Shown: positions 25,819 to 40,561 of the stretch, piece by piece
How positions within the stretch are numbered: position 1 is the first letter of the stretch
How the letters are laid out: every line of letters begins with the position of its first letter
Source of the DNA: Deltaproteobacteria bacterium
GTDB taxonomy: Bacteria > Myxococcota_A > UBA9160 > SMWR01
Assembly (NCBI GenBank): GCA_032128115.1
Contig: JAQBHB010000057.1
Location: forward strand, 1 to 43,223
Reading direction: 5' to 3'
DNA: 43,223 nt
Translations under genes and position numbers: made by a program
Notes under the pieces: generated by a model
The model's input: the letters and a program-made list of their open reading frames with translations, nothing else
Database searches by the model: none
What the model was told of the DNA's origin: nothing

Positions 25819-26988
25819 ATGAACGAGCTGATTCAGGCGATCGAGGTGTGGCGGGTCGCGAATCCGCTCCCCGCTGCGTTGATCGCCATGTTGGTTCCCC
25901 TGGTCGTGGGCGCGCTCGTCTATGCCATCGCGCGCTCGCGGCGCGCCCCGGCGGAGGACACCGCCGCCACGCCGGTGGCGCCCCCGGTGGAGGACACCGC
26001 CGCCACGCCGGTGGCGCCCCCGGAGGTCCGGGCCGAGCCGGAATCCGTCGCCGTTCCCGAGCCTGTCGCCCTGCCGGAAGTCCCCGGTCTGGGTGCGCGC
26101 CTGCGCCGCACCAGCGACAACCTGGTGGGGCGCATCGGGCGGTTGGTGGGCGGCCGCGTGGTGGATGCGGAACTCCTGGACGAGTTGGAAGAGGTGCTCC
26201 TGGGGGCCGACCTGGGCGTGCGCACGGCCGAGAGCCTGTTGTCACGCGTGAGGAAGCAGGCCCACGGGGCGGATGCCGCCCAGGTGCGCGCGGTCTTGCG
26301 CGAGGCGATCCTGGAAAAGCTGCGAAGGGTGGAGTCGACGGGAGTCTTCGAGCTGCGGGGCTCGCCCCACGTGATCCTGGTGTTGGGTGTCAACGGTTCG
26401 GGAAAGACCACCACCATCGGCAAGCTGGCTGCGCGCTACCGGGCCGACGGCAAGAAGGTGCTGCTGGGTGCCGGCGACACGTTTCGCGCCGCGGGTTCCG
26501 AGCAGCTGCAGGTGTGGGGCGATCGGGTGGGCTGCGATGTGATCACGGGGCCCGACGGCAGCGATCCCTCGGCGGTGGCCTACGACACGGTGAAGGCCGC
26601 GGTGGCGCGAGGCGTCGATGTGGTGCTCATCGACACCGCGGGTCGCCTGCAGACCGCGCGCCCGCTGATGGACGAGCTGGCGAAGATGGTGCGCGTGATC
26701 GGCCGCGAGATCGAGGGTGCCCCCCACGAGACGCTGCTGGTGCTCGACGCCAACACCGGCCAGAACGCCTTGTCCCAGGCGAGCCTGTTCACCGAGGCGG
26801 CCGGCGTCACGGCGCTGGCCCTCACCAAGCTCGACGGCACGGCCAAGGGCGGCGTGCTGGTGGGGCTCGCGGACGCGTTCGGCATCCCGGTGAAGCACGT
26901 GGGCGTGGGAGAGGCCCTCGAAGACCTGCGCGACTTCTCCGCCGAGGAGTTCGTGGATGCCTTGTTCGAAAGCGAAGGCAGCGCCTAA
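25819..26988 (+). CDS. ftsY: SRP receptor FtsY with an N-terminal transmembrane segment
   Basis: Start placed at ATG 25819. LEEVLLGADLG, GVNGSGKTTTIGKLA, GDTFRAAG, IDTAGRL, DANTGQN, TKLDGTAKGG, GVGE..EDL.DF. Confidence 0.95.
   Translation: MNELIQAIEVWRVANPLPAALIAMLVPLVVGALVYAIARSRRAPAEDTAATPVAPPVEDTAATPVAPPEVRAEPESVAVPEPVALPEVPGLGARLRRTSDNLVGRIGRLVGGRVVDAELLDELEEVLLGADLGVRTAESLLSRVRKQAHGADAAQVRAVLREAILEKLRRVESTGVFELRGSPHVILVLGVNGSGKTTTIGKLAARYRADGKKVLLGAGDTFRAAGSEQLQVWGDRVGCDVITGPDGSDPSAVAYDTVKAAVARGVDVVLIDTAGRLQTARPLMDELAKMVRVIGREIEGAPHETLLVLDANTGQNALSQASLFTEAAGVTALALTKLDGTAKGGVLVGLADAFGIPVKHVGVGEALEDLRDFSAEEFVDALFESEGSA
25946..26023 (+). repeat. 36-bp in-frame tandem repeat in the ftsY linker (EDTAATPVAPP x2)
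   Basis: GGAGGACACCGCCGCCACGCCGGTGGCGCCCCCGG starts at both 25953 and 25989. Confidence 0.9.
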
Positions 26989-27938
26989 CCCACCTCGTTG
27001 ACCAACTCGGCGCCGCGCGCGTAGCGGGCGAGGTTGTGGAGGAAGATCCGGTTCGCGCGTTCCCAGTTGCCCGGGTTGGTGCCGGAGCTGTGGGGCGTGA
27101 TGATGACGTTGGGCTGGCCCCATAGGGGGCTCTCCTCCGGCAGGGGCTCGCGCTCGAAGACGTCGAGCCCTGCACCTGCCAGCTGGCCCGATTCGAGCGC
27201 TCGCACCAGTGCCGATTCGTCAACGATCTCACCCCTGGCGATGTTCACGAGGATGGCGCCCGACTTGATGCGCTCGAGTGCCGCGGCGTCGATCAGCCCC
27301 CGGGTATCGTCGTGGAGGGGCAGGGCCAGCACCAGGCAATCGACCCGGGGCAACAGCTCCGGCAACCGTGCCAGGGGCCAGGTTTCGCAGGGCTCGTCGC
27401 CCCGCGGCGTGCGGCGAAGTCCAATCACCTGCATGCGGAAGGCGAGACCCAGCCGCGCCACCTCCAGGCCGATCGGACCCATCCCGACGACGCCGAGCAG
27501 GCGGCCCTGCAGGTCGCGGATGTCGCGCGGCTCCCAGGATCGCCGCGCCTGGGCGTCCAGCCAGGCGGGCAGGTCGCGGCTGAGGGCCAGCAGGTAGAGC
27601 ATCACCGTCTGGGCGATGGGCACCGCGTGGGCACCGGCCGAGGTGGTGAGCCGGATGCCGCGATCGAGAAGCCCGCGGAAGAAGGGGTTGTCCACGCCCG
27701 CGCTGAAGGTGTGGAACCAGCCCAGGCGTTTCGAGCTGACAGCCGCGCGAATGAACGCCTGCGTGCGCTCCGGAAACAGGTCGCCGGAGAAGTTCACCAC
27801 CTCGATTCCGGCCGGGTCGCCCTGCACGCCATCGGGCCCGAGCACCACACGCGCCACACCCGGCGCCGCGGACTCCAGGTCGTGCGCGTGGTGTCGTTCC
27901 ACATGGTCGCTGACGAGGATCGATCCCTTCACGCCCAT
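26985..27938 (-). CDS. D-2-hydroxyacid dehydrogenase (probably NADP-preferring)
   Basis: SAGVD, VGMGPIG, basic LRRTPR at the cofactor-specificity position, NIARG, DVFEREPL, TPHSSG. Confidence 0.88.
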   Translation of the reverse strand: MGVKGSILVSDHVERHHAHDLESAAPGVARVVLGPDGVQGDPAGIEVVNFSGDLFPERTQAFIRAAVSSKRLGWFHTFSAGVDNPFFRGLLDRGIRLTTSAGAHAVPIAQTVMLYLLALSRDLPAWLDAQARRSWEPRDIRDLQGRLLGVVGMGPIGLEVARLGLAFRMQVIGLRRTPRGDEPCETWPLARLPELLPRVDCLVLALPLHDDTRGLIDAAALERIKSGAILVNIARGEIVDESALVRALESGQLAGAGLDVFEREPLPEESPLWGQPNVIITPHSSGTNPGNWERANRIFLHNLARYARGAELVNEVG

Positions 27939-27947
27939 GTCGGCCGC

Positions 27948-29030
27948 TCAGGCGCCCTGTTCGATCCAGGTGTCCAGGTCGTCGGGCAGGGGCAGGTCGA
28001 GCCGCATGTTCCGCGCGCGTTCTTCGCCGAAGTTGGCGGTGAACATGTCGAGGAAGTGCCCCTCGATGCGCGGGCTGAATAGACCCAGCGACCGCAGGGT
28101 CGGAATCACGAAGCCGCGGATCGGGCCCGCCGCGCCACCGGCCGCGGCATCGATCTTGTCGCGCTCCTTGACGATCTCCGCGAAAGCGTACGCCGGGTCG
28201 AGCCCCGCCTGCCGCCACAACTCGAGCGCAGACTGTCGCATGGAGGTGCCGGATCGCGAGTCGGCGAGCGTTCGCGCCGCCTCGAAGGCGAAGTCCTCGA
28301 GCTCCGCGACCTGTTTTTCGTCCAGGTCGCCCACCACGTGGGAGAGATACTTGATGCCGTAACCCGTGTGGCGAGCCTCATCGCGCGACACGTAGGTGAG
28401 CAGCTGCTTCAGCAGGGGCTCCTCGGTCTGGTTGCGCATGTCGCGGAAAACGTAGAGAGCCAGGCCTTCCACCACGATCTGCATCCCCACGGCCTTGTGC
28501 ATCCACGAGCCGTGGCCGAGCGTCGCGTCCAGGAGCTGCTTGAGTGAGGGCATGATGGGGTGCACTTCGTCGAGCATGCGGATGAAGGCGGCGAACACCT
28601 CCACGTGGCGCGCTTCGTCCAGCGTCTGGGTCGCCGCATAGAACTTGGCGTCCATGTGGGGAACCGCATTCACCAGCTGCGACGCCACCATCAACGCGCC
28701 TTGTTCCCCGTGCAGGAAATTCGAGAGCATGAACGCGGCGGTGCGACGAGAGATCTCCCAGCGGAGCTTCTCGTCCAGGTTCTTCCAGAAGTCGGTGGCC
28801 TGGATGGGGATGCCCGCCAGCGAAAACGTTCGCGAGAACGCCTCCACGTCGATTCCGCCCTCCCAGTCCAGATCGCGCACCGCGATCCACTGGCGGTCGA
28901 GGGCATTGGCGTAGAGCGCCCGGATCTGATCGATCTCCGGCTCGTAGTCCCAGTTGTAGATGGCGGTGAGCGCCGACTCCGTTTCGTCGATCCGGGGCTG
29001 TCGTTCGGAAAGGGCACGGGGGGAGGTCAT
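27948..29030 (-). CDS. Ferritin-like di-iron protein (AurF-like oxygenase superfamily)
   Basis: Start placed at ATG 29030. FLHGEQGAL...DEARHVEVF...QIVVEGLAL...DEARHTGYG gives the E/EXXH/E/EXXH di-iron ligand pattern. Confidence 0.8.
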   Translation of the reverse strand: MTSPRALSERQPRIDETESALTAIYNWDYEPEIDQIRALYANALDRQWIAVRDLDWEGGIDVEAFSRTFSLAGIPIQATDFWKNLDEKLRWEISRRTAAFMLSNFLHGEQGALMVASQLVNAVPHMDAKFYAATQTLDEARHVEVFAAFIRMLDEVHPIMPSLKQLLDATLGHGSWMHKAVGMQIVVEGLALYVFRDMRNQTEEPLLKQLLTYVSRDEARHTGYGIKYLSHVVGDLDEKQVAELEDFAFEAARTLADSRSGTSMRQSALELWRQAGLDPAYAFAEIVKERDKIDAAAGGAAGPIRGFVIPTLRSLGLFSPRIEGHFLDMFTANFGEERARNMRLDLPLPDDLDTWIEQGA

Positions 29031-30295
29031 GTCGTCCTCTGCTCCTGGGCTCGATGATCGGGCAGGCGCCCGAAGAGTGCCACGAGCAGCGCATTCACGA
29101 CGATGCCCAGGGCAAAGAACAACACGAATCGCGACACCACGATTCCCGGTGCGGGCCCCGATTGCTTGAGCAGCAACCCCCAGAAGATGGGCGCCAGACC
29201 GGCCAGCAGGCCCAGCACGGCCGTGAAGACCGCGATGGTCACGTGGCGCCGTGATTCCTCGGAGAGCGCCGGGAGAAAGGTGAAGTGGGCCGCGTTCTGG
29301 GTGCCGATGTGGACTCCGCCCAGGAAATAGACGGCGGGCAGGAAGGGAATCAGGGTCTCCGCGCCCGACACGAGCAGCCACCAGTAGACATTCACCACCA
29401 CGACCAGGGCGCTGGCCAGCTGGAAGAAGCGACGGATGGGCACCACGTCCAGCGAACGCCGGATCGCCCAGGTGGCGGCGATCATGCCGCCGAATTGGGC
29501 GGCGGTGAAGGTCAGGAGCTGGCTCGACGGGAATCCGGACTCCACCTTGAGGTAGTAGATCGTGAAGGGCCCGAGCGTGGTGGCCACGATCGAGCCCAAC
29601 AGACTCAGTGCCAGGTAGTGGCGGAACAATCCGGGACGCAGGCAGAGTCGGCGCGCCTCGCTGGCCAGGGTGCGCAGCGGTGCGGGTGCCGGCGGTGTGG
29701 CGTTGGGCAGCCGCAGCAGGTTCCAGGCGGCCAGCAGGGAGCCCACGATCGACAAGCCGTAGACGATGGCGAAGGCGTCGTAGTCCCGGAGCCGGTCGAA
29801 CAGCGTCGAGCACAGCAGCAGGGTTCCCACCCCCACGGCGCTGACGATGGCGTGGTCGGTGGCGAAGAATCGACCGCGCGCCCGATCCGGCAGGATCGCC
29901 GCGAGCCACGGGATGTGGGCGGCGACCCCGAAGGCCCGCAACAGGCAGAAGCCGAATACGCTGGCCACCAGGGCGTCGGGCATCCAGCTCGCGGGGACTT
30001 CCGGTGCCGCGAGCGCCAGGCCCAGGGGGATCAGCAGGAAGCTCGCGCGCGCGAGCCACGCGATCACCATCTGCCGGCGGTAGCCGAGCCGCTCGAGCGA
30101 CGATGTGGACAGCACCTGGACGGGAAGCAGCAGGAACACGAACGCCGACGCCAGGCCCACCTGGAAGGCCGTGGCGCCCAGCTTCTCGGCGAGCAGCACC
30201 ATGGGCGTTCCGAGCCCGATCATCCAGGTGAGCCCGTTCCACCCGCCGAACCAGTACGCGGCGCGGAACGGACGCAGCGAGCTTGCTTCGTCCAT
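29027..30295 (-). CDS. MFS transporter
   Basis: Start placed at ATG 30295 ([10 protein letters not shown]). About 12 TM segments; LGATAFQVG and PDRARGRFF motifs. Stop overlaps the ferritin-like start (ATGA). Confidence 0.8.
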   Translation of the reverse strand: MDEASSLRPFRAAYWFGGWNGLTWMIGLGTPMVLLAEKLGATAFQVGLASAFVFLLLPVQVLSTSSLERLGYRRQMVIAWLARASFLLIPLGLALAAPEVPASWMPDALVASVFGFCLLRAFGVAAHIPWLAAILPDRARGRFFATDHAIVSAVGVGTLLLCSTLFDRLRDYDAFAIVYGLSIVGSLLAAWNLLRLPNATPPAPAPLRTLASEARRLCLRPGLFRHYLALSLLGSIVATTLGPFTIYYLKVESGFPSSQLLTFTAAQFGGMIAATWAIRRSLDVVPIRRFFQLASALVVVVNVYWWLLVSGAETLIPFLPAVYFLGGVHIGTQNAAHFTFLPALSEESRRHVTIAVFTAVLGLLAGLAPIFWGLLLKQSGPAPGIVVSRFVLFFALGIVVNALLVALFGRLPDHRAQEQRTT

Positions 30296-30410
30296 CTCCG
30301 TAGCGGCTGGGACGCGCAAGGGTTCGGGCACCCTGGGACTCCTACGGGGGCGATTCGCGCGCCACTGTAGCCGGGCCGCCCAAGACGGGCCGTGTGCGAG
30401 ACCCGCACGC

Positions 30411-30809
30411 TCAGCCGCGCGAGCGGCGTTTGCGGCGCGCCGCAGCGACTCCCGCCATGCCGGCGTCCACCAGCGCGCCGCTCCCTGGCTCTGGCACCGG
30501 GATGAGCCCGATCGTGACACTGCCGAGGGCCACCAGTCGGATCTGGCCCACGGCCGAGTCGCTCCGCACCCCGAGCGACCCGGGGTCGGCGCGCAAGGCG
30601 CCATCCCGCAGCTCGATTCGCAGGTCTCCCCGGACCCTCAGGTCGAGATCCTGGGCGGTCTGGGCGAGAACCGTGAGGGTCGGGATCTCGAATGGAGGCA
30701 GCGGGAAGAGCGGATCGATCCGGGGAGCATCCGGCGGTGCATCGCATCCCTCCTGGGAGATCCCCGGGGTGAAGGGGTCGCCGGATGGGCTGTGTGTCGT
30801 GAGGATGAG
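30411..30809 (-). pseudogene. 5'-truncated PEP-CTERM protein remnant
   Basis: A stop-free frame of 132 codons ends in [28 protein letters not shown]. It is bounded upstream by TAG (30810-30812), with no signal peptide and an Asp inside the TM helix. Confidence 0.6.
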
Positions 30810-30893
30810 CTACCCGTCGCTGGGTCCCGATCGGTCCGGATCCGGGCGAGGGCGGCTACCGTGCCATTGCCCGCCGAATCCGAAGGAGGACCC

Positions 30894-32405
30894 ATGGCCA
30901 GATACGTGATGGCGCTCGACCAGGGAACCACGTCCTCTCGCGCGGTGCTCTTCGATCACAAAGGCTCGGTGGTGGCCATCGACCAATACGAGTTTCCCCA
31001 GTACTTCCCGAAGCCGGGCTGGGTGGAGCACGATCCCAACGAGATCTGGCAGAGCCAGCTGAAGGCCGCCCGCGGTGTGCTTGCGGTGGCGGGCGCCAGC
31101 GGAGCGGACGTGGCCGCCATCGGCATCACGAACCAGCGCGAGACGGCGCTGGTGTGGGACCGCAGCAGCGGGGAACCCATCCACCGCGCCATCGTGTGGC
31201 AGTCGCGCCAGACGACTCCACTCTGCGATGAGCTTCGAGCCCGCGGTCTGGACGGCGAGGTGCGGGCGCGTACGGGCCTGGTGATCGACGCCTACTTCTC
31301 GGCCACCAAGATCCGGTTCATCCTCGACGCCGTCGACGGCGCGCAGGCTCGCGCCGAGCGCGGTGAGTTGGCCTTCGGAACCGTCGACACCTGGCTGCTC
31401 CACAAACTGACCGGCGGACGCGTCCACGCCACCGAGTATTCGAATGCGTCGCGAACCCTGATCTACAACATCCACGAGCGCGACTGGGACGACCTGCTCC
31501 TGGGCGAGCTGCGGATCCCGAAAGAGATGCTTCCAGAGGTTCGCGACACCAGCGGCGTGTTCGGCGTGACCGACTCCGAGTGGCTGGGCGCCGAGATTCC
31601 CGTGGCCGGCATGGTCGGCGACCAGCAGGCCGCGCTCTTCGGGCAGGGCTGCCGTGGCGGCGGCCAGGCCAAGAACACCTATGGCACCGGTTGCTTCCTG
31701 CTCATGAATACCGGCGGCGAGGCGCCGGTCTCGAACAACGGCCTGATCACCACGATCGCGTGGGGCCTGGACGGACGCGTGGACTACGCCCTGGAGGGCA
31801 GCATCTTCGTCGCCGGGGCGGCGGTGCAGTGGTTGCGCGACGGCTTGGGGTTGCTGAAGCACGCCGCCGAGTCCGACGGCCTGGCCCGCTCGGTGGACGA
31901 CACCGGGGGCGTGGTTCTGGTCCCCGCGTTCGTGGGGCTCGGGGCCCCGTATTGGGACGAGCGAGCGCGCGGAACCGTTGTGGGGATCACACGCGGCACG
32001 CAGCGCGCCCACCTGGTGCGCGCCGCACTGGAGTCCATCGCCTACCAGACCCGCGACGTGGTGGAGTGCGTGCAGGCCGATTCGGGCCTTTCGCTGGGCG
32101 CCCTGCGGGTAGACGGTGGTGCCTCGCAGAACGACTTCCTCATGCAGTTCCAGGCCGACATCCTGGGCGTGCCGGTGCTGCGACCGGCCGTGCTCGAGGT
32201 GACCGCCATGGGCGCCGCCGCCCTGGCGGGCCTGGCGGTCGGGTTCTGGCGCGACACGGACGACATCGAGAGCGCCGGGGGTGCGCGCACGCGCTTCGAA
32301 CCCGCGATGGTCGCCGACCGGCGTGAGTCGCTCTACGCGGATTGGCGCCGTGCCGTGGAGCGATCTCGCGACTGGACCCGCGACGAATCCGGGGCGGAAG
32401 CTTGA
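30894..32405 (+). CDS. glpK: Glycerol kinase
   Basis: Start at ATG 30894 with [68 protein letters not shown]. Confidence 0.96.
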   Translation: MARYVMALDQGTTSSRAVLFDHKGSVVAIDQYEFPQYFPKPGWVEHDPNEIWQSQLKAARGVLAVAGASGADVAAIGITNQRETALVWDRSSGEPIHRAIVWQSRQTTPLCDELRARGLDGEVRARTGLVIDAYFSATKIRFILDAVDGAQARAERGELAFGTVDTWLLHKLTGGRVHATEYSNASRTLIYNIHERDWDDLLLGELRIPKEMLPEVRDTSGVFGVTDSEWLGAEIPVAGMVGDQQAALFGQGCRGGGQAKNTYGTGCFLLMNTGGEAPVSNNGLITTIAWGLDGRVDYALEGSIFVAGAAVQWLRDGLGLLKHAAESDGLARSVDDTGGVVLVPAFVGLGAPYWDERARGTVVGITRGTQRAHLVRAALESIAYQTRDVVECVQADSGLSLGALRVDGGASQNDFLMQFQADILGVPVLRPAVLEVTAMGAAALAGLAVGFWRDTDDIESAGGARTRFEPAMVADRRESLYADWRRAVERSRDWTRDESGAEA

Positions 32406-33145
32406 ACACGAGGCGCTGCCTGGTGATCGCCCACCGGGGGGCCTCGGGCAGCCTGCCCGAGAACACAATGGCGGCCTACGAGCTGGCGGTGGCCCAGGGT
32501 TCCGACATGATCGAGATCGACCTGCATCGCACCCGCGACGGCGTAGTGGTGATCACCCACGACGAACTGCTTGAAGCACTCGGGGGGCACGGCGAGATCG
32601 CCGACGCCCGCCTGGAAGAGGTGCGGTCGCTGGACGCGGGCGGAGGCGAGCCGGTGCCCACCCTGGATGAGGTGCTGGATCGCTTCGGAGCCCGCATCCC
32701 GTTCAATCTCGAGATCAAGTGCAGCACGCGAGGCCCGTACGAGGGCCTGGAGGCCCAGGCCCTGGAAGCCGTGGAGAGGCGCGGCCTGCTTTCGCGCACG
32801 CTTTTCTCGTCGTTCCACGATGGTGTGTTGGCGCGCCTGCGGGAGCTTTCTCCCCGGGCCCGCATCGGTTTCCTGGTGTCGCCGCGCGACGCTTCGCGGC
32901 CACTGGAACGGGCGCGCGCAGTGGGAGCGGAGGCGCTCAATCCGTGGCATGGGCTCGCCCGGGCCGACCTGGTGGAGGCGGCCCACGCCGAGGGCCTTGC
33001 GGTGAACGTCTTCACGGTGGACGAGATCGATGAGATGCGTCGCCTGCTGGGGCTGGGGGTGGACGGCCTGTTTACGAACCACCCGGCCCGCCTGCGTCAG
33101 CTGGTTGGCCCCGCGGGGACGCGAGGTTCACCCGCAGCCGGATAA
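32402..33145 (+). CDS. Glycerophosphodiester phosphodiesterase (GDPD family, cytoplasmic)
   Basis: TTG start overlapping the glpK stop. [47 protein letters not shown]. Confidence 0.9.
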   Translation: MNTRRCLVIAHRGASGSLPENTMAAYELAVAQGSDMIEIDLHRTRDGVVVITHDELLEALGGHGEIADARLEEVRSLDAGGGEPVPTLDEVLDRFGARIPFNLEIKCSTRGPYEGLEAQALEAVERRGLLSRTLFSSFHDGVLARLRELSPRARIGFLVSPRDASRPLERARAVGAEALNPWHGLARADLVEAAHAEGLAVNVFTVDEIDEMRRLLGLGVDGLFTNHPARLRQLVGPAGTRGSPAAG

Positions 33146-33190
33146 TGCCGAATGAATGGTGGTTGAGGCGGCCTTTCAGGGACGATTCAT

Positions 33191-33221
33191 TTGACAAAAT
33201 CGCTCCGGATACCCTAAATAT
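33191..33221 (+). promoter_or_regulatory. Putative sigma70 promoter for lrp-gltB-gltD
   Basis: Perfect TTGACA at 33191-33196 and AT-rich CTAAATAT 17-18 bp downstream, within a locally AT-rich intergenic region. The -10 match is imperfect. Confidence 0.45.
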
Positions 33222-33247
33222 TCGATCAGATTCTCTCCGGGTGCCTC

Positions 33248-33786
33248 GTGAAGTCCCACCACCTCCTGCCGGAACTGGACGCGACCGACCGCGCGATCCT
33301 CGATCTGCTGCAGGACGACTGCAAGCAGCCGCTGGCGGCCATCGGCGAGAAGGTGGGCCTGAAGGCGCCGGCCGTGCTGGAGCGGATCCACAAGCTCGAA
33401 GAGGCCGGTGTCATCACCGGCTACACGGCCCTGCTCGACGCGCGGAGCCTGGGTCGGGACGTCACGGCCTTCATCGGCGTCTCCACCCAGCATCCGCGCT
33501 CGATCCGCGACCTGGAACACCAGGCCGGAGCCATCGACGACGTGCTCGAGTGTCATCATGTGACAGGGGGGTACACCCTGATGCTGAAGGTGAAGACGCG
33601 TGACACCCAGGAGCTCGAATCCCTGATCGACAACATCCGCTCCATCGAGGGCGTGTCGCGGACCGAGACCATGGTGGTGCTCTCGACGCACATCGAGCGC
33701 ACCCGGATCGTCCTGGAAGCCGATCCCGACCCGGACGACCCCCGAGCGCGCCGCTCCGGTGGCGCCCGCGTTCGGCGGGAGGACCG

Positions 33787-33790
<4 letters not shown>
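33248..33790 (+). CDS. Lrp/AsnC family transcriptional regulator
   Basis: [14 protein letters not shown]...IGEKVGL...[25 protein letters not shown]...LKV RAM domain; TETMVVLST. Confidence 0.92.
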
Positions 33791-38281
<4,491 letters not shown>

Positions 38282-38289
<8 letters not shown>

Positions 38290-39742
38290 GCCCACCGGAT
38301 TCCTGGAATACCCGCGCCAGGACACGCCGTACCGGCCCGTTGAAGAGAGACTCGACGACTGGAACGAGGTCCAGGCGGATCCGGCCGCGGAAAGCGTGCG
38401 CACCCAGGCCGCCCGTTGCATGGACTGCGGCGTGCCGTTCTGCAACAACGCCTGTCCCCTGGGCAACGTGATCCCGGACTGGAACGACCTGCTGTACCGC
38501 GACCGTATGCAGGACGCTCTGCGGCGACTCCACTCCACCAACAACTTCCCCGAGTTCACAGGGCTGGTATGTCCGGCGCCGTGCGAGGCGGCCTGCGTGC
38601 TTGGCATCAACGACGACGCGGTCAGCATCAAGCAGATCGAGTGGGAGATCATCCGCCACGGCTGGGAGCAGGGCTGGGTAACGCCGGTAAGGCCCGAGCG
38701 CCGGACCGGCCGCTCGGTCGCAGTGGTGGGTTCCGGCCCCGCGGGTCTCGCTGCGGCCCAGCAGCTCAGCCGCGCTGGCCACACGGTGACGGTCTTCGAG
38801 AAGAACGACCGGGTCGGGGGGCTCCTCAACTATGGCATCCCCGATTTCAAGCTCGAGAAGTGGATCGTGGATCGGCGTGTGAATCAGTTGCGCCAGGAGG
38901 GGGTCTCCTTCCAAACAGGGGTTCACGCGGGTGTGGATCTCTCGGCGGCCGAGCTGCGCCAGGGCTTCGACGCGCTGCTGTTGTGCTGCGGCTCGGAGGT
39001 GCCGCGAGACCTGCCCATCCCGGGTCGCGATCTCGGCGGCATCTACTTCGCCATGGACTTTCTCACCCAGCAGAACCGCCGCGGCCGGGGCGACAGCCTG
39101 GATCTCGCCGCGGACATCCTGGCCGGGGAGCGGGACGTGGTGATCCTGGGCGGAGGTGACACGGGCTCCGACTGCGTGGGTACTTCCCATCGCCACGGTG
39201 CCCGCTCGGTCACTTCCATCGAGCTCCTGGAGCGCCCGCCGGACGAACGCGCAATCTCGAGCCCCTGGCCCCAGTGGCCGCTCATGTACCGCAGCTCCAG
39301 CTCGCACCAGGAGGGCGGCGATCGGGATTTTGCGGTGCTCACGAAGCGCTTCTCCGGGGCCAACGGGCGGGTGGAGAAGCTGCACGTGGTCCGCGTGGAG
39401 TTCGGTGAGTCGGACGCGTCCGATCGTCCGAGCATGCAGGAGATTCCCGGCAGCGAATTCGAGATTCCCGCCGGGCTGGTGCTGTTGGCCATGGGCTTCG
39501 TGCACCCGGTGCACGAGGGGCTCGTTGCGAGTCTGGGGCTCCGGCTCGATCCGCGAGGCAATCTGGCGGCAGAACCCCGGGGCTTCGCAACCAGCGAGCC
39601 CGGCGTGTTCGCAGCGGGAGATTGTCGACGCGGTCAGTCTCTGGTGGTGTGGGCCCAGTGGGAGGGCCGCGAAGCCGCGCGGGCCGTGGACCAGTACCTG
39701 ATGGGCCACTCACGGCTTCAGGCCCGCGAAGCCTACGTGTAG
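38282..39742 (+). CDS. gltD: Glutamate synthase small subunit
   Basis: Start at ATG 38282 ([10 protein letters not shown]). [56 protein letters not shown]. Confidence 0.96.
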
Positions 39743-39837
39743 CGCCCGGACGTCGACGCCCGAGCCGTGTCGGATGCGGCACGTTCGTCGCCCGGGGGGA
39801 GCGTGAGCGAAAAGCGCATCGTGTCGACTCTCGTCGC

Positions 39838-39867
39838 TTGACGCACCGACAGCGCGACGGTTACGAT
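39838..39867 (+). promoter_or_regulatory. Putative sigma70 promoter for the zapB-like-zapA-fau-tyrS operon
   Basis: TTGACG (39838-39843), 18 bp spacer, TACGAT (39862-39867). Confidence 0.55.
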
Positions 39868-39890
39868 TCCACTCGTCCGGGGGGTTCGAG

Positions 39891-40217
39891 ATTTCCAACG
39901 CCGATCCGAACGTCAACGTCAGCGTCAGTGTCGGCGCCACGCCCAGTTCTGGTGCCAAAGACAAGGCGTATGACCTCCAGCGACTCGAGCGGGTGGTGGA
40001 GGCATTGGTGGCTAGTCACCGGCGGCTCCAGCAGGAGAATGCCGGGCTGCGTGCCGATGTCGACCAGAGCAACCGTCGCATTCGCGGGCTCGACGAGAAG
40101 TTGCTGCAAGCGAACCAGCGGCGGCAGGATGTCGCCAAGCGGATCGACGAACTCATCGCCCAGATCGACCACCTCGGCGCTCAACTCGATTCCCAGGCCC
40201 AGAGCCTGAACGAGTAG
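39891..40217 (+). CDS. ZapB-like coiled-coil cell division protein; probable ATT start (first canonical start is GTG 39993)
   Basis: Continuous heptad coiled coil YDLQRLERVVEALVASH...RIDELIAQID, directly upstream of zapA. ATT at 39891 has a G-run SD-like sequence 6 nt upstream. Confidence 0.6.
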   Translation: MSNADPNVNVSVSVGATPSSGAKDKAYDLQRLERVVEALVASHRRLQQENAGLRADVDQSNRRIRGLDEKLLQANQRRQDVAKRIDELIAQIDHLGAQLDSQAQSLNE

Positions 40218-40225
40218 GAGTTCCT

Positions 40226-40540
40226 TTGACGGCAGGCGATTCCGAAAGAAAAACGACCTCGGTCTGGATTCGTGGACAGGAGTTCCGCATCCGGAGCGAT
40301 GACGACGAAGAGTGGCTGCAGCGCGTGGCACGCTATCTCGACCAGACCATGGCCAAGGTCGAGGAGCACACGGGCAGGCTGGATTCGCTGGACGTGGCGA
40401 TGCTGACGGCGCTCAACCTGGCGCGGGAGCTGGTGGCCATCCGGGAGGGCCGAATCGCGTCCAATTCCGGCGGTATGGACCCCAAGCGCCTGCGAGACCT
40501 GATCGATCTGGCGGAATCGGCGCTTCCCGAAAGCTACTGA
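40226..40540 (+). CDS. zapA: Cell division protein ZapA
   Basis: V.IRGQEFRIRSD.DEE.LQRVARYLD..M...VAMLTALNLA.EL. TTG start with AGGAG SD. Confidence 0.88.
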   Translation: MTAGDSERKTTSVWIRGQEFRIRSDDDEEWLQRVARYLDQTMAKVEEHTGRLDSLDVAMLTALNLARELVAIREGRIASNSGGMDPKRLRDLIDLAESALPESY

Positions 40541-40561
40541 CGGCGCCGACCGGAGGCGCGC

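Noticed and set aside
27948..30242. Apparent long N-terminal fusions in the ORF track (ferritin-like 764 aa, GlpK 766 aa, YicC 558 aa, TPR protein 852 aa)
   Set aside because: The extensions overlap neighbouring real genes in other frames. Internal starts with an SD, a stop/start overlap or a family-typical N-terminus explain the genes.
39743..39890. Displaced 6S RNA upstream of the zapB-like gene
   Set aside because: Under 100 bp precede the promoter, and no long irregular hairpin with a central bubble is evident.
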